64,000 nucleotides of DNA from a virus. The stretch lies in IMG/VR virus record IMGVR_UViG_3300036859_000726, positions 3,239-67,238 of that record; one strand, 5' to 3'. Of this stretch, positions 8,885 to 17,715 are shown one piece after another (the first letter of the stretch is position 1; the number at the start of each line of letters is the position of its first letter). The notes beneath the pieces were generated by a model, which saw only the letters and a program-made list of their open reading frames with translations, was not told the origin of the DNA and searched no databases. A program made the position numbers and the translations under genes.

Positions 8885-8978
8885 GGTTGCGCATATTCGA
8901 TCAGGACACTCTGATCTGCATTCTCTGCGGCCTTTCGTTCAGCCAGTCGCTGACTCGCATCCTTGAGGCTCTCGGCTG

Positions 8979-9665
8979 ATGGCTATCCCACAGTCTGGCC
9001 TGAACTACCATAAGCTTCTTGAGCAGGTCAGGGAGTCCTTCGCCAGGCATGAGCGAGAGGTGCTCTTTCCATCCATGATCAGGATGATAGGTATGGACCC
9101 TGCCATGGCGCGTGGAGACTCGTCAACTGTATTCATGTTCCCACGTCATATGGGCAAGACCTATATGATGAACCAGCACCTGATGGATGAGCACGTCAGG
9201 TACACAATCAGCAACAAGTCGGTGATACAACAGGAGCTACTCGACCTCATGAAGAAGAAACCAAGCAAAGTAAAGCCCACTCCGATGGTGGCGGTCCTCA
9301 AGACTCGCGTAGAGTCGCTTGAAGGCCAGCTGAATGATGTGACCAAGTCAAGGTCTCTCCTCAGGGAGGAACTTGATGACACGAAGGGTGCGCTGACACG
9401 CAGCTGCAAGATGGTTGAGTCTCTGCAGAAAGATCTCGAGAGCGCTCGCTACGAGACTGCTAATCTGCGACAGGACATGCAGCGTGCACTCGGCTACATT
9501 GACCGTGTGAACGAATGCGAGCCGCCGATTCCTCCTGTGGCAATGCCGCAGACGTACAGCATGCCGATGCGCGGCCCTCGTCTGAACGGCGTGTCGCTTC
9601 ATTCATCTGGTTGCGAGCAGAGCAACTTCGGCCTGAACGACATTCGCGGTCGCAGCCGGTATTGA
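8979..9665 (+). CDS. Hypothetical coiled-coil protein
   Basis: 228-aa ORF; heptad-rich centre; PRHMGKT motif. Confidence 0.6.
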   Translation: MAIPQSGLNYHKLLEQVRESFARHEREVLFPSMIRMIGMDPAMARGDSSTVFMFPRHMGKTYMMNQHLMDEHVRYTISNKSVIQQELLDLMKKKPSKVKPTPMVAVLKTRVESLEGQLNDVTKSRSLLREELDDTKGALTRSCKMVESLQKDLESARYETANLRQDMQRALGYIDRVNECEPPIPPVAMPQTYSMPMRGPRLNGVSLHSSGCEQSNFGLNDIRGRSRY

Positions 9666-9959
9666 GGGAGGGGGATTCAACCGAGGCGAGAAGGAAATGG
9701 ATGCGTTAATCCTCGGTGGCCTGTCAATGTGCAGACCAACCGCATCGGTCGGCGGCCAATCGGTCGCTCCGACAAGTGACTCCCTCAGTGACGACTGCAG
9801 GGAGTTGCGCCTACATTTCATAGGTAGATCAGATATTGTTGCATCCATCAGGGCAAACGTATGGCCTGCAGTCAAAGTCGGTCACCTTAGTATAGCAGAG
9901 AATGATGCAAGGGTTGAGCGCGTTAATGCAATGCGTTGGGCGCTCGCGGAGAAGACTTG

Positions 9960-10358
9960 GTGAGTAGATCACTTGGGATGGCTGGTCAAGTTGCGCGCGG
10001 CGCATTGAACAAGAATGCGGATGGGTCGCCAAAGATCGCGCGTCGAGAGCTGAACGGCATTCCTGTATATGAACCATTGAGCTGCAGGCTAGCAAAGCGA
10101 TCCGACTCCAAGTCCGGCTTCTGCTATGACTGGCGCAGCTATCTGGTCAAGGTCAAGGTTGGCGAGAAGATCATCTTTGGGCCAATCAATGACTTCAAAA
10201 CATATGAAGTGGGCGGGCGGCACTTCCAAGAGTCGCTGACCGTCAATGCTATTCGGCAGGCTACACAGTGGCGCCGCATAAAGCACAAAGAGCGCTACAG
10301 AACAGGGCTGTTCGGCCAGGAAGACGGCTGCTACTTGCTCATCACGAGGGTTGCATAA
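9960..10358 (+). CDS. Hypothetical protein
   Basis: GTGA-coupled ORF. Confidence 0.5.
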   Translation: MSRSLGMAGQVARGALNKNADGSPKIARRELNGIPVYEPLSCRLAKRSDSKSGFCYDWRSYLVKVKVGEKIIFGPINDFKTYEVGGRHFQESLTVNAIRQATQWRRIKHKERYRTGLFGQEDGCYLLITRVA

Positions 10359-10735
10359 TGTTTGATAAGCATACATATCACGCTGGTGATAGCCACATAA
10401 CTCGCGTTGAAGTCAAGCAAGCGGGCCTTCACGACGCTACGAAGAACTACAAGGAGTTTCGTGACGATGCGGAGCGTGAGGCCGCCAAGCTTGAGATCAA
10501 GCGATTCGGCGCTGATAACGTCATTCGCTATCTCAAAAGCGAAGTACAGCGCAACATCATGACCAATGATACCAACGTGCATGTTGTGTATGAGATCAAC
10601 GGCAAGGTGTTCCAGATGAAGTCCGTTGTTCAAGATCGCCTTGGCAACCAGCAGGAAGAGCGTATGCGCATTGCGCAGCATATCGCCTCCGAGATCACAA
10701 ATCAACTCCTAACGTGGGTGCCAGTAGCAAGGTGA
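10358..10735 (+). CDS. Hypothetical protein
   Basis: TAATG-coupled ORF starting MFDKHTY. Confidence 0.6.
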   Translation: MFDKHTYHAGDSHITRVEVKQAGLHDATKNYKEFRDDAEREAAKLEIKRFGADNVIRYLKSEVQRNIMTNDTNVHVVYEINGKVFQMKSVVQDRLGNQQEERMRIAQHIASEITNQLLTWVPVAR

Positions 10736-11031
10736 TAACACTACTTAAAGAACAGGTCATTGAGATCATCTCAAAATGGCCGCCTGCGCCGCCAGATCGT
10801 AAGACTGCGATGGAGGTTGTTTGCTACGCGCTTGGAGACGTAAACATACATCTTCGCCGTCGTAATGAACAGACCAAGCTCCTTGCGCGATTGCTGCTGC
10901 AATATGGGCGCCCAAGGTACAGTTGTTTCCGAGGCATACTACCGAATGGTGGCCCTTGCACATGCGCTGTATGCTATGCCATTGCTGAAATTGAGAAGGA
11001 TATGCCGAAGTTACTGGCCGACATACTGTGA
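10732..11031 (+). CDS. Hypothetical protein with C-terminal CxCxxC
   Basis: GTGA-coupled ORF. Confidence 0.45.
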   Translation: MITLLKEQVIEIISKWPPAPPDRKTAMEVVCYALGDVNIHLRRRNEQTKLLARLLLQYGRPRYSCFRGILPNGGPCTCAVCYAIAEIEKDMPKLLADIL

Positions 11032-11038
11032 GGACGAC

Positions 11039-11302
11039 ATGAAACATATCAATAAGATCCGCTACCCCTCCCACATCCTTGAGGTGTACAGGAGTCCAGA
11101 GTCACAGGAGTGGTACTTCCGCTTCACGCATGTTAACCACAACATCACTGGTCGGCCAAGCGAGGGCTACAAGAAGCGCAGTATGGCATTGAGCAACCTC
11201 ATGATCATGCATGGCGTTGTAGTGTCGCCGAAGTTGCTGCCCAAGCGCGGCGGATTCAGCGCGCAGGTAAACTTGCTCGGTAAGGTGCGCGTTACCATAT
11301 GA
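11039..11302 (+). CDS. DUF1508/YegP-like protein
   Basis: LEVYRSPESQEWYFRFTHVNHNITGRPSEGYKKR resembles the DUF1508 pattern. Confidence 0.55.
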   Translation: MKHINKIRYPSHILEVYRSPESQEWYFRFTHVNHNITGRPSEGYKKRSMALSNLMIMHGVVVSPKLLPKRGGFSAQVNLLGKVRVTI

Positions 11303-12070
11303 TCAAGGTGTGTGATGGAAGCTCCTGGTAAGTACAGCAATGGGCTGATCCAGGCACGCTTCGTGAATACGATGCTGTGGATTGGCCTTCGCCAAGCGTG
11401 GCACAAAGCATATGGTAGCGCTGAAGGCTGCAAGCGCAAGCCTCGCAAGGACGGCAGAAGGGCATACTGGATGCGCGGCCCGAGCGGGTGCAACTGATGG
11501 GTGCATTACAAATGGAGCGGAAGCACCAATGCAAACGATGCGGCAAGCGCTTCGTGTTTGAGGCAAACCTTGATCGCCATGAGGTTGGCGGCCTTTGGTG
11601 CTTGGCATGGCTACAGGATGAGCCAATCATTGATCTGACGAAGAGTAAGAAGCCTGACTGATCGTCGCCCAAAGATTAAGTGCGTGCGAGGCAACTGGTT
11701 CGCCATATACCAGGACGGGCGTCTGCGCGACAGAACTGCACAAGAGAACATATGGAATGTGCAAGCAAATGGCTACTGTGACATGATGAACAACCGAGCA
11801 AAGATGCGGGTGGGTAGCCAGTCGTCGCGCGTCGAGATATGAGTGACATTCCTCCAACCAGCCCGGCGAACTATCTACAGCCTGGTGAATGGCGTTGGTA
11901 TTGCCCTCATATGCGCGGCAGACTACCTTGCGGCTGGGCAGCTGAGATATGCGCATCTGGCGCTGCTGCAATGGGCTGCATGAGATGCGGAGGCCCACTC
12001 AGATGTGCAGCAGTCACGCTTGACGGCACGCGAAAAGATGAGCCATACGTTTCGAGCTGACCGACGACGC

Positions 12071-12099
12071 TTTACTTGCCCTCGCGGCGCGGTCATAAT
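12071..12099 (+). promoter_or_regulatory. Sigma70-like promoter TTTACT-N17-CATAAT
   Basis: Intergenic, upstream of SD aaggag and ATG 12126. Confidence 0.65.
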
Positions 12100-12125
12100 A
12101 TAGCGTAGTTCATAAGGAGAGCGCT

Positions 12126-12320
12126 ATGGCTGAGGAAACAACTGCTCCGAAGGCTGATCTCAATGTGGGTGACCTGATCCGGGTCAACTGGTCCAATGGC
12201 CACGGCTATTCGATCTATGAGATCATTGATGATCCCAACGCAGGGCCGCACCATATCTCGCTCGTGGGCGAGTATGAAATGGGTGAGGCTGTGCCACAGT
12301 TCATGAGGCAACCAGGATGA
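12126..12320 (+). CDS. Small SH3/KOW-like protein
   Basis: LNVGDLIRVNW; good SD and promoter. Confidence 0.6.
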   Translation: MAEETTAPKADLNVGDLIRVNWSNGHGYSIYEIIDDPNAGPHHISLVGEYEMGEAVPQFMRQPG

Positions 12321-12529
12321 AGATCCGATTCGTCATCTTCGTCGAGGTGCCCGCGCCGCAGCGCTGGCCGGTGCTTGACGTTCAGGAATGGCCTTTGACG
12401 CGTATGAATGAGGCAGTCAAAGCGCTCATACGCACGCATGGGCTCACCAAGACCGCCAGTGGCATGACCAACTCTGAAGGTAAGCGAGTAAGGGTTGAGC
12501 TTGAACTTCCAGGAGATGGTGATGGCTAA
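12317..12529 (+). CDS. Hypothetical protein
   Basis: ATGA-coupled ORF. Confidence 0.5.
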   Translation: MKIRFVIFVEVPAPQRWPVLDVQEWPLTRMNEAVKALIRTHGLTKTASGMTNSEGKRVRVELELPGDGDG

Positions 12530-12710
12530 CAAGATACCTCAGATCATACAAACTCCTCGCGCTTCCATTAGCACAGAGCGCGCACTCAAGCAGATCAAAG
12601 AGCACCTGGAAACATTCCACGGCATAACGCACTTTGAATCATCGCGGGCTTCAGTTGAGGCGTCGATTGACGATGTTGATACAATGTTGGAGGCAATTGA
12701 TCGTGGCTGA
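12522..12710 (+). CDS. Hypothetical protein
   Basis: SD aggag upstream. Confidence 0.45.
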   Translation: MANKIPQIIQTPRASISTERALKQIKEHLETFHGITHFESSRASVEASIDDVDTMLEAIDRG

Positions 12711-12817
12711 CAAAGTACTGCGTGCCTTGCTCAAAGAGGCGATCAAGATAATCCACTGCCATTGCAGGAACCTACATAAGGACTGGTTAATGCGAGCGCG
12801 GGAGGCTTTGAAGAACG

Positions 12818-13018
12818 ATGCGTGACTACACATTTAATGGCGTGCCAGTATCGCAGATGCCCACAGTCAAGATCATTGAACTCATCAACGATGGCGGCGT
12901 CCACATAAACAATGATGGTGGCCTTGGCGCCAGGAAGGCGGAGGAGCTTGTAATGATCCGCTTGCGACTTGAACTAGCGATGAGGATGGGTGTCGGAGCA
13001 TCGCACATCGAGAGCTGA
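12818..13018 (+). CDS. Hypothetical protein
   Basis: 66-aa ORF ending before the next promoter region. Confidence 0.45.
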   Translation: MRDYTFNGVPVSQMPTVKIIELINDGGVHINNDGGLGARKAEELVMIRLRLELAMRMGVGASHIES

Positions 13019-13120
13019 CCCAAGGGCCGCGTGTTTGCACCTATATACGCGCCTAACGCGCCCGGACTTCGGGCTGCAGCCTACAATTTCGTGTGGCTAT
13101 TGACGGCAATCCAAAGGGCA

Positions 13121-13149
13121 TTTACTTACGGTGCGTAGGGGCGCATACT
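13121..13149 (+). promoter_or_regulatory. Sigma70-like promoter TTTACT-N17-CATACT
   Basis: Intergenic, upstream of the DUF932 gene. Confidence 0.65.
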
Positions 13150-13199
13150 TGGGCTGTACTGTTAACTAACAACGCCCAATACCGGGCAAAGGACTGACT

Positions 13200-14147
13200 A
13201 TGACAAAGCAACTGATTGTTGGCGGCGCTTCCCTGATCGAACTGGCTATCGCGAACAAGCCAGTGGGTGGCGCAATGCCCGGCTCAAAGCCGATGGAAGG
13301 CGAGTTGATGTCGCGTGAGTCGCGCTATGAAGGCGAACTCGTGGGTATGACCGATGACGAGATCAAGGCAAAGGCACCAGCTGTATTCGGCCGGCAGCAC
13401 TCGTCGCTCAGTGACGCGTACGCATTCGTGAGGACAGGAAACATTGTCAGACAAATGAGGGCGCTGGGCTATGCGGTTCAATCGGTCAAGCAGACCAATC
13501 CGCGCAAGCGTGATGCCTCAACGGTGCGGCATTCGGTCACGATGTGCCTCGCTCGCGACCTGAGCAAGCTGGGCAAGGAGCTGATCGGAAGGCCCACTGT
13601 CACGCTGATCAATAGCAACAACGGGCGCAGCAAGTTCCGCTGGATGCAGGGATACTTCAGGCTCGCTTGCTCCAACGGCCTGATCATCGGCGAGATCACA
13701 GCGTCGGCGGCCCTGATCCATCGGGCTGGCGAGATCGCCCAGCTGAACGAGGTGCTAAAGCAGATCACCGAACGACAGCAGAAGGCGAATGAGGTCATCG
13801 GCCGATGGGGCCAGATCATACTGCCCAAGGCAAGCCAACACCACCTCGCCCTCGAGATGGCCAAGCTCCGCTTCGGTGTGACAGCGGGCAAGTATGACCT
13901 TGATTCCGCGCTGATCGTGCGTCGGCCCGAGGATGAAGGTGATGACCTCTGGACGGTGTTCAACCGACTTCAGGAGTCGTATGTACGAGGTGGCGTCTCT
14001 TACATGGGCAATGGTGGGGACGTCAGGATGAGCCGCGCAATTGATGGCGTGGTAGCTGACACGTCCTTCAACCTCGCAGCCTGGGGTGTTGCCGAGAAGG
14101 TGGCCAAAACGGTCACTGGTGAAGGCAACGCTGTGTCGGTGAACTAA
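13200..14147 (+). CDS. DUF932 family protein
   Basis: LINSNNGRSKFRWMQGYFRLACSNGLI and RRPEDEGDDLWTVFNRLQE. Confidence 0.85.
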   Translation: MTKQLIVGGASLIELAIANKPVGGAMPGSKPMEGELMSRESRYEGELVGMTDDEIKAKAPAVFGRQHSSLSDAYAFVRTGNIVRQMRALGYAVQSVKQTNPRKRDASTVRHSVTMCLARDLSKLGKELIGRPTVTLINSNNGRSKFRWMQGYFRLACSNGLIIGEITASAALIHRAGEIAQLNEVLKQITERQQKANEVIGRWGQIILPKASQHHLALEMAKLRFGVTAGKYDLDSALIVRRPEDEGDDLWTVFNRLQESYVRGGVSYMGNGGDVRMSRAIDGVVADTSFNLAAWGVAEKVAKTVTGEGNAVSVN

Positions 14148-14639
14148 GTGGCTGGTGGTACCACCGGAATCGAGAAGCTCATGGGCGCGATTGAGGTCAT
14201 ACAAGAAGGCTTGCGCGTCCTGGGCTATCCCGACCGGATCAGCGTTGATGAGGTCCTCGTGCCTGAGCAATGCGCTACTGTCACAATGGCTGGCGACATC
14301 TACCATGTACAAGTGACCAAGCTGGCCAAGGAGCTGACCGACTTGGGCAATGGGTGGAAAGGCAAGCCTGGTTCAACTGACGGCAATAAGGACGTGCTCG
14401 CGCTGTTGGATGAGAAACAGCGTGGTATGCCAATGTTCACCAGGCAGGGATGTGTGCAGAGAGCCGGTGATCGCGCGTCGAGACCTGATCCTGTCAATCT
14501 GCCCAGCTATCGTGACATCGCCAAGATGGGCTCGCTGGTTGGCGTGGGCGGCAAGGCTCTGACTGAGATACTTGACGAGCTTGAATGGCTGCGTAGGCAG
14601 TATGTATTCATGAGCGGAAGAGAGTATCCAACCAGCTGA
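14148..14639 (+). CDS. Hypothetical protein
   Basis: Directly follows the DUF932 stop codon. Confidence 0.5.
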   Translation: MAGGTTGIEKLMGAIEVIQEGLRVLGYPDRISVDEVLVPEQCATVTMAGDIYHVQVTKLAKELTDLGNGWKGKPGSTDGNKDVLALLDEKQRGMPMFTRQGCVQRAGDRASRPDPVNLPSYRDIAKMGSLVGVGGKALTEILDELEWLRRQYVFMSGREYPTS

Positions 14640-14662
14640 GCCGCGTGATCCGAAGGCAGTTG

Positions 14663-14754
14663 GTGTAGATGCCCTGGTGTGAACTGGGGCATTTGCACAT
14701 TCAAGAGCTATCAGGAGCGTGGCGGAGCGGGGAGGTCAGCGCTCCTCATAGCTC
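14663..14754 (+). ncRNA. Candidate structured RNA: two long hairpins
   Basis: 14663-77/14684-98 forms a 15-bp stem with 4 G.U pairs on +; 14705-19/14740-54 forms a 14-bp stem with one mismatch. Confidence 0.45.
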
Positions 14755-14789
14755 GACGCTCGTTCACCAAGGAGGGGCAAGAGTGCTAA

Positions 14790-15078
14790 GAGGGCCGAGT
14801 TTAGACTTCATTTGAGAGCGGGGAGAGGTCTGGGAGGGCCGAGATTATGGCGGCAGTTGTCTCGCTAGGAGGGCTGAGTTTGTGTGGATGGGCGGCGCAC
14901 GTCTATTGGCCCTCCGTTTCGGCCCTCTTGGGTGCCGCGGGTGTAAGTCCTTGATTTAATAGCCCTGATCTATGTCGTAGAGGGCCGAGAGGTCGAAGAG
15001 GTAGGAGGAAGACTAACCCACGGGCGGCGTAACAGGGGCCGGGCTAAAACCGTCGGCCCTCGGCCCTCCCCGGCCCTC
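14790..15078. repeat. GAGGGCCGAG iteron-like cluster, putative replication origin
   Basis: Copies at 14790, 14834, 14869 (variant), 14980 (+) and 14907, 14919, 15053, 15059, 15070 (-, some partial); AT-rich TAAGTCCTTGATTTAAT at about 14944-14960. Confidence 0.6.
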
Positions 15079-15340
15079 GGGTCAAAGCCACGTTGAACGG
15101 CTCGCAACCATCATCTTTCGTCGAAACAACCTCAGCCATAGACCATATTATACCCTGAACGCACTGACGAACTTGCGGCATTTCCCGGGCAAGTGTGACC
15201 AGATGGCTCCGCAATCCCGGTGTGCGTTACGATTCAATTTGAGGCATTCAGCGACCATCCTCGATCATCGTTCGACGACCGACGAGCTTTGAGGTGCGCG
15301 CATTGGGCCACCATGGGCGGGCGCGGCCCTAGCTAGGCCA

Positions 15341-15440
15341 TAGGCTTAAAACGCTGTATAACGCTGCCTCAGGTCGCCTCAGCAGGAAACGGCGCTACCT
15401 GGTACCCTAGGAAGGGGTAGGCTATCAGTTGCTAATAGGT
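15341..15440 (+). repeat. 100-bp degenerate repeat, copy 2
   Basis: Colinear with 6851-6950; extra AGGCTGACTCAGCAG at 15484-15498 identical to 6881-6895. Confidence 0.7.
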
Positions 15441-15579
15441 CGCCGGGCGCGGCTAGGCGAAAGGCGCCATAGTGCCCACGTATAGGCTGACTCAGCAGGG
15501 TTTATGGCTAGGCGATAGGGTAGTAGCGGGCGCAACGGCCCTGCTATTAAATGACGCGTTAAGTTAAATGAGCGCGCAC

Positions 15580-15606
15580 TAAAAAGGGGCGCCACGGGCA
15601 CGCCCC
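15580..15606 (-). terminator. Rho-independent terminator of paralog C
   Basis: On the minus strand, ggggcg...cgcccc stem followed by TTTTT. Confidence 0.7.
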
Positions 15607-15619
15607 AAATCAGTTCGTT

Positions 15620-15910
15620 TTACTTAACGGGTGCGCCCTGATAAGTAAACTCATGGCCCTCAATAACCAGCTTGGTACCGACGGCCGCACCCTTCAGTAC
15701 GGTACGCACCTGGCTACCTTTGTAGCCTGCCAGACCTGCGGCGTCCAGCGCCTTGCGCGGGCTATCATAGGTCACGCCCTTATACGCCACCGTGTAGCGC
15801 GTAACCTGTCGCTTGGGCTTGAGGGTAATGACGGTTGGGGTAGCGTCAACGGGCGCGGCTTCAGGGGCCACGGACTCAGGGGCGGACCGGCCAGCTTTAC
15901 GATTTTTCAT
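15620..15910 (-). CDS. Putative DNA-binding protein, paralog C
   Basis: VAYKGVTYDSPRKALDAAGLAGYKG; SD aaaggtg; own TATAAT and terminator. Confidence 0.8.
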   Translation of the reverse strand: MKNRKAGRSAPESVAPEAAPVDATPTVITLKPKRQVTRYTVAYKGVTYDSPRKALDAAGLAGYKGSQVRTVLKGAAVGTKLVIEGHEFTYQGAPVK

Positions 15911-16388
15911 AAGTCACCTTTACGTTAGGCTAGCTGGTATTAGCTAGCTGACCCCCATTATACGCCGTTATGGCGGGTTAGGGCGATGATTTAACTTAAC
16001 GACTCCAAATATATTTATTATTCAAAACCCCTTTACTTCAGCGCGTTAGTATAGTAGGCGCGAGCGGGCGCGTACCTATTACGAAACGCAGCGTATCGTT
16101 ATCGCCGTTCGTCGCTCCTGTTTCGATACGAGGCGTATCGTATTGCAATGTGAAGGGCGCATGTGTGGTCGGTGGAGGATGGTCGCCCCCTTTGAGATTC
16201 CAGCTGCGGGTCCCTTTTGGATCTCGTCCTACGAGGACACACTCCACACTGTCAAAGTCCGATTCACTTCTAGAGAATACACACAACCATCAATCGCCGG
16301 CATGCCAGTCTGCATTCACCATTCTGGATCGATCTTCCTGTCGATCCAGTCCGATAGGTTCCATCATCGCTCCGCGACCATGAACCCC

Positions 16389-16418
16389 TTTACTTCTGCA
16401 TCCGCCCCACTTTATACT
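16389..16418 (+). promoter_or_regulatory. Late-type promoter TTTACT-N18-TATACT
   Basis: Start of the packaging operon. Confidence 0.5.
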
Positions 16419-16420
16419 CA

Positions 16421-16735
16421 ATGTCTAGACGACTCATAATCCAAGTTTCCACCTTCAGAGAATATGCTGATGTGAACCAGAGACCTAGTTCGATTGATAC
16501 GCTCACACAGGACGAAGTAGCGCAGCTGGCATATGCCGCCGACGTGACTCCTGATGAAGTGCGGGCTTTCGAAGCGGCAGTCAAGGACAAGATGATCAGG
16601 TGCGGCTTCTCACGAATTGAGCGCACTGAGCTGTACCTCAAGGTGCAGCGGGCTGTTCGAGACTTTCAGAAGGAGATGGCCGTTCAAGCGGCTGTCGCGG
16701 CATTTCAGAGGAGCCAGGCTCCAGGAGCAGGTTAA
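16421..16735 (+). CDS. Hypothetical protein (start uncertain)
   Basis: TAATG-coupled to terS. Confidence 0.55.
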   Translation: MSRRLIIQVSTFREYADVNQRPSSIDTLTQDEVAQLAYAADVTPDEVRAFEAAVKDKMIRCGFSRIERTELYLKVQRAVRDFQKEMAVQAAVAAFQRSQAPGAG

Positions 16736-17094
16736 TGGCCCGACCAGGTGGTCCAGCCAGACGAGCAGGCGGCGCCATGAGAGCTGCTGCCAAGGCAAAC
16801 CTGCCGAACTCGTCAGCCAAAGAGATTTCAGAAGTCCTCCAGGCTGCTTCGCTCCGCATCCTTCCGCAAGTCGCAGGATGGCTTGAGGCTGGTGCAGAGG
16901 CAGATCCAATTCGTGCGGCATCGGTCGCTCTCCAACTCGCAGAGTTCCATGTGCCAAAGCTATCCCGGTCAGAGGTTGGCTTGGACGATCCCACTCGACA
17001 GGCGTTGGACGTAGAGTCTCGACGCGCATTGCTTGCACAGGTACTTTCATCCATCTCGCCGGCACCTACACCAACCGCAGCACAGAAGGCTTAA
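16735..17094 (+). CDS. terS: Terminase small subunit (putative)
   Basis: LAEFHVPKLSRSE motif; helical; upstream of terL. Confidence 0.6.
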   Translation: MARPGGPARRAGGAMRAAAKANLPNSSAKEISEVLQAASLRILPQVAGWLEAGAEADPIRAASVALQLAEFHVPKLSRSEVGLDDPTRQALDVESRRALLAQVLSSISPAPTPTAAQKA

Positions 17095-17274
17095 TGATGT
17101 GCTCCTATCTCCTGAAGCACTTGAGCTCCTCGATAAGAGGATCAGGCACGCTCAGCAGATCGCGAAGGACGACATCCTATGCCAGGCTGCGCGTGAGGCT
17201 GGTGTGACGATGAGAATGATGGAAGAGGAATTTCTGATATGGAAAGCCGACCGGCTTTTCTCGCACAAGGAGCT

Positions 17275-17427
17275 ATGACAATGAGCCCATTTCCATTCAA
17301 GATCATCCTGCTTGTCGCAGCTTTGATCTTCTTCTTCCTCGAGACGATCAAGACGCCCAGCACGAAGTTCCAGCTTGGCTGGGCCGGAATGCTGTGCCTG
17401 ACCGCCGCATTCTTCTTCGTCAAGTAG
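17275..17427 (+). CDS. Small 2-TM membrane protein
   Basis: IILLVAALIFFFL and LGWAGMLCLTAAFFFV. Confidence 0.55.
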   Translation: MTMSPFPFKIILLVAALIFFFLETIKTPSTKFQLGWAGMLCLTAAFFFVK

Positions 17428-17428
17428 T

Positions 17429-17698
17429 GTGCAGTGGTCTGACTTCACGCAGCTGCTCACGGCGGTTGCGGCGCTGACTGCCGCGATCGGGACTGCCATC
17501 AATGGATACAATGGCCGGAGCAGCAGGAAGCGGATCGAGGACAAGATGGAGGTCGTGCACCAGGCGACAAACGGAATGTCCGAGAAGCTTCAGACCATCT
17601 CCAAGGCACAGGGTTTTGCCGAAGGAACTGCAGTCGGCAAGATTGAGGGAAGGGCCAGCGAAGTTGCAGATGAGAAGGCCCGCAAAGATTCACTTTAG
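17429..17698 (+). CDS. Membrane-anchored hypothetical protein
   Basis: N-terminal hydrophobic helix. Confidence 0.55.
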   Translation: MQWSDFTQLLTAVAALTAAIGTAINGYNGRSSRKRIEDKMEVVHQATNGMSEKLQTISKAQGFAEGTAVGKIEGRASEVADEKARKDSL

Positions 17699-17715
17699 TA
17701 ACCAAAGGATTCGCC

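Larger units (their letters stand above)
15557..16001. repeat. 13-bp perfect inverted repeat CGTTAAGTTAAAT flanking paralog C
   Basis: 15557-15569 (+) and 15989-16001 (-). Confidence 0.65.

Noticed and set aside
14790-15078. CRISPR array
   Set aside because: Repeats are 9-10 bp, irregularly spaced and in both orientations; no cas genes are present.
15542-15569. Complete dif/Xer recombination site
   Set aside because: Only a XerD-like arm is present; the sequence 6-8 bp upstream does not resemble XerC arms at either copy.
16143-16439. ORFs upstream of the packaging operon
   Set aside because: They have no SD or recognisable motifs and lie upstream of the promoter at 16389; the region is more likely non-coding terminus or pac DNA.
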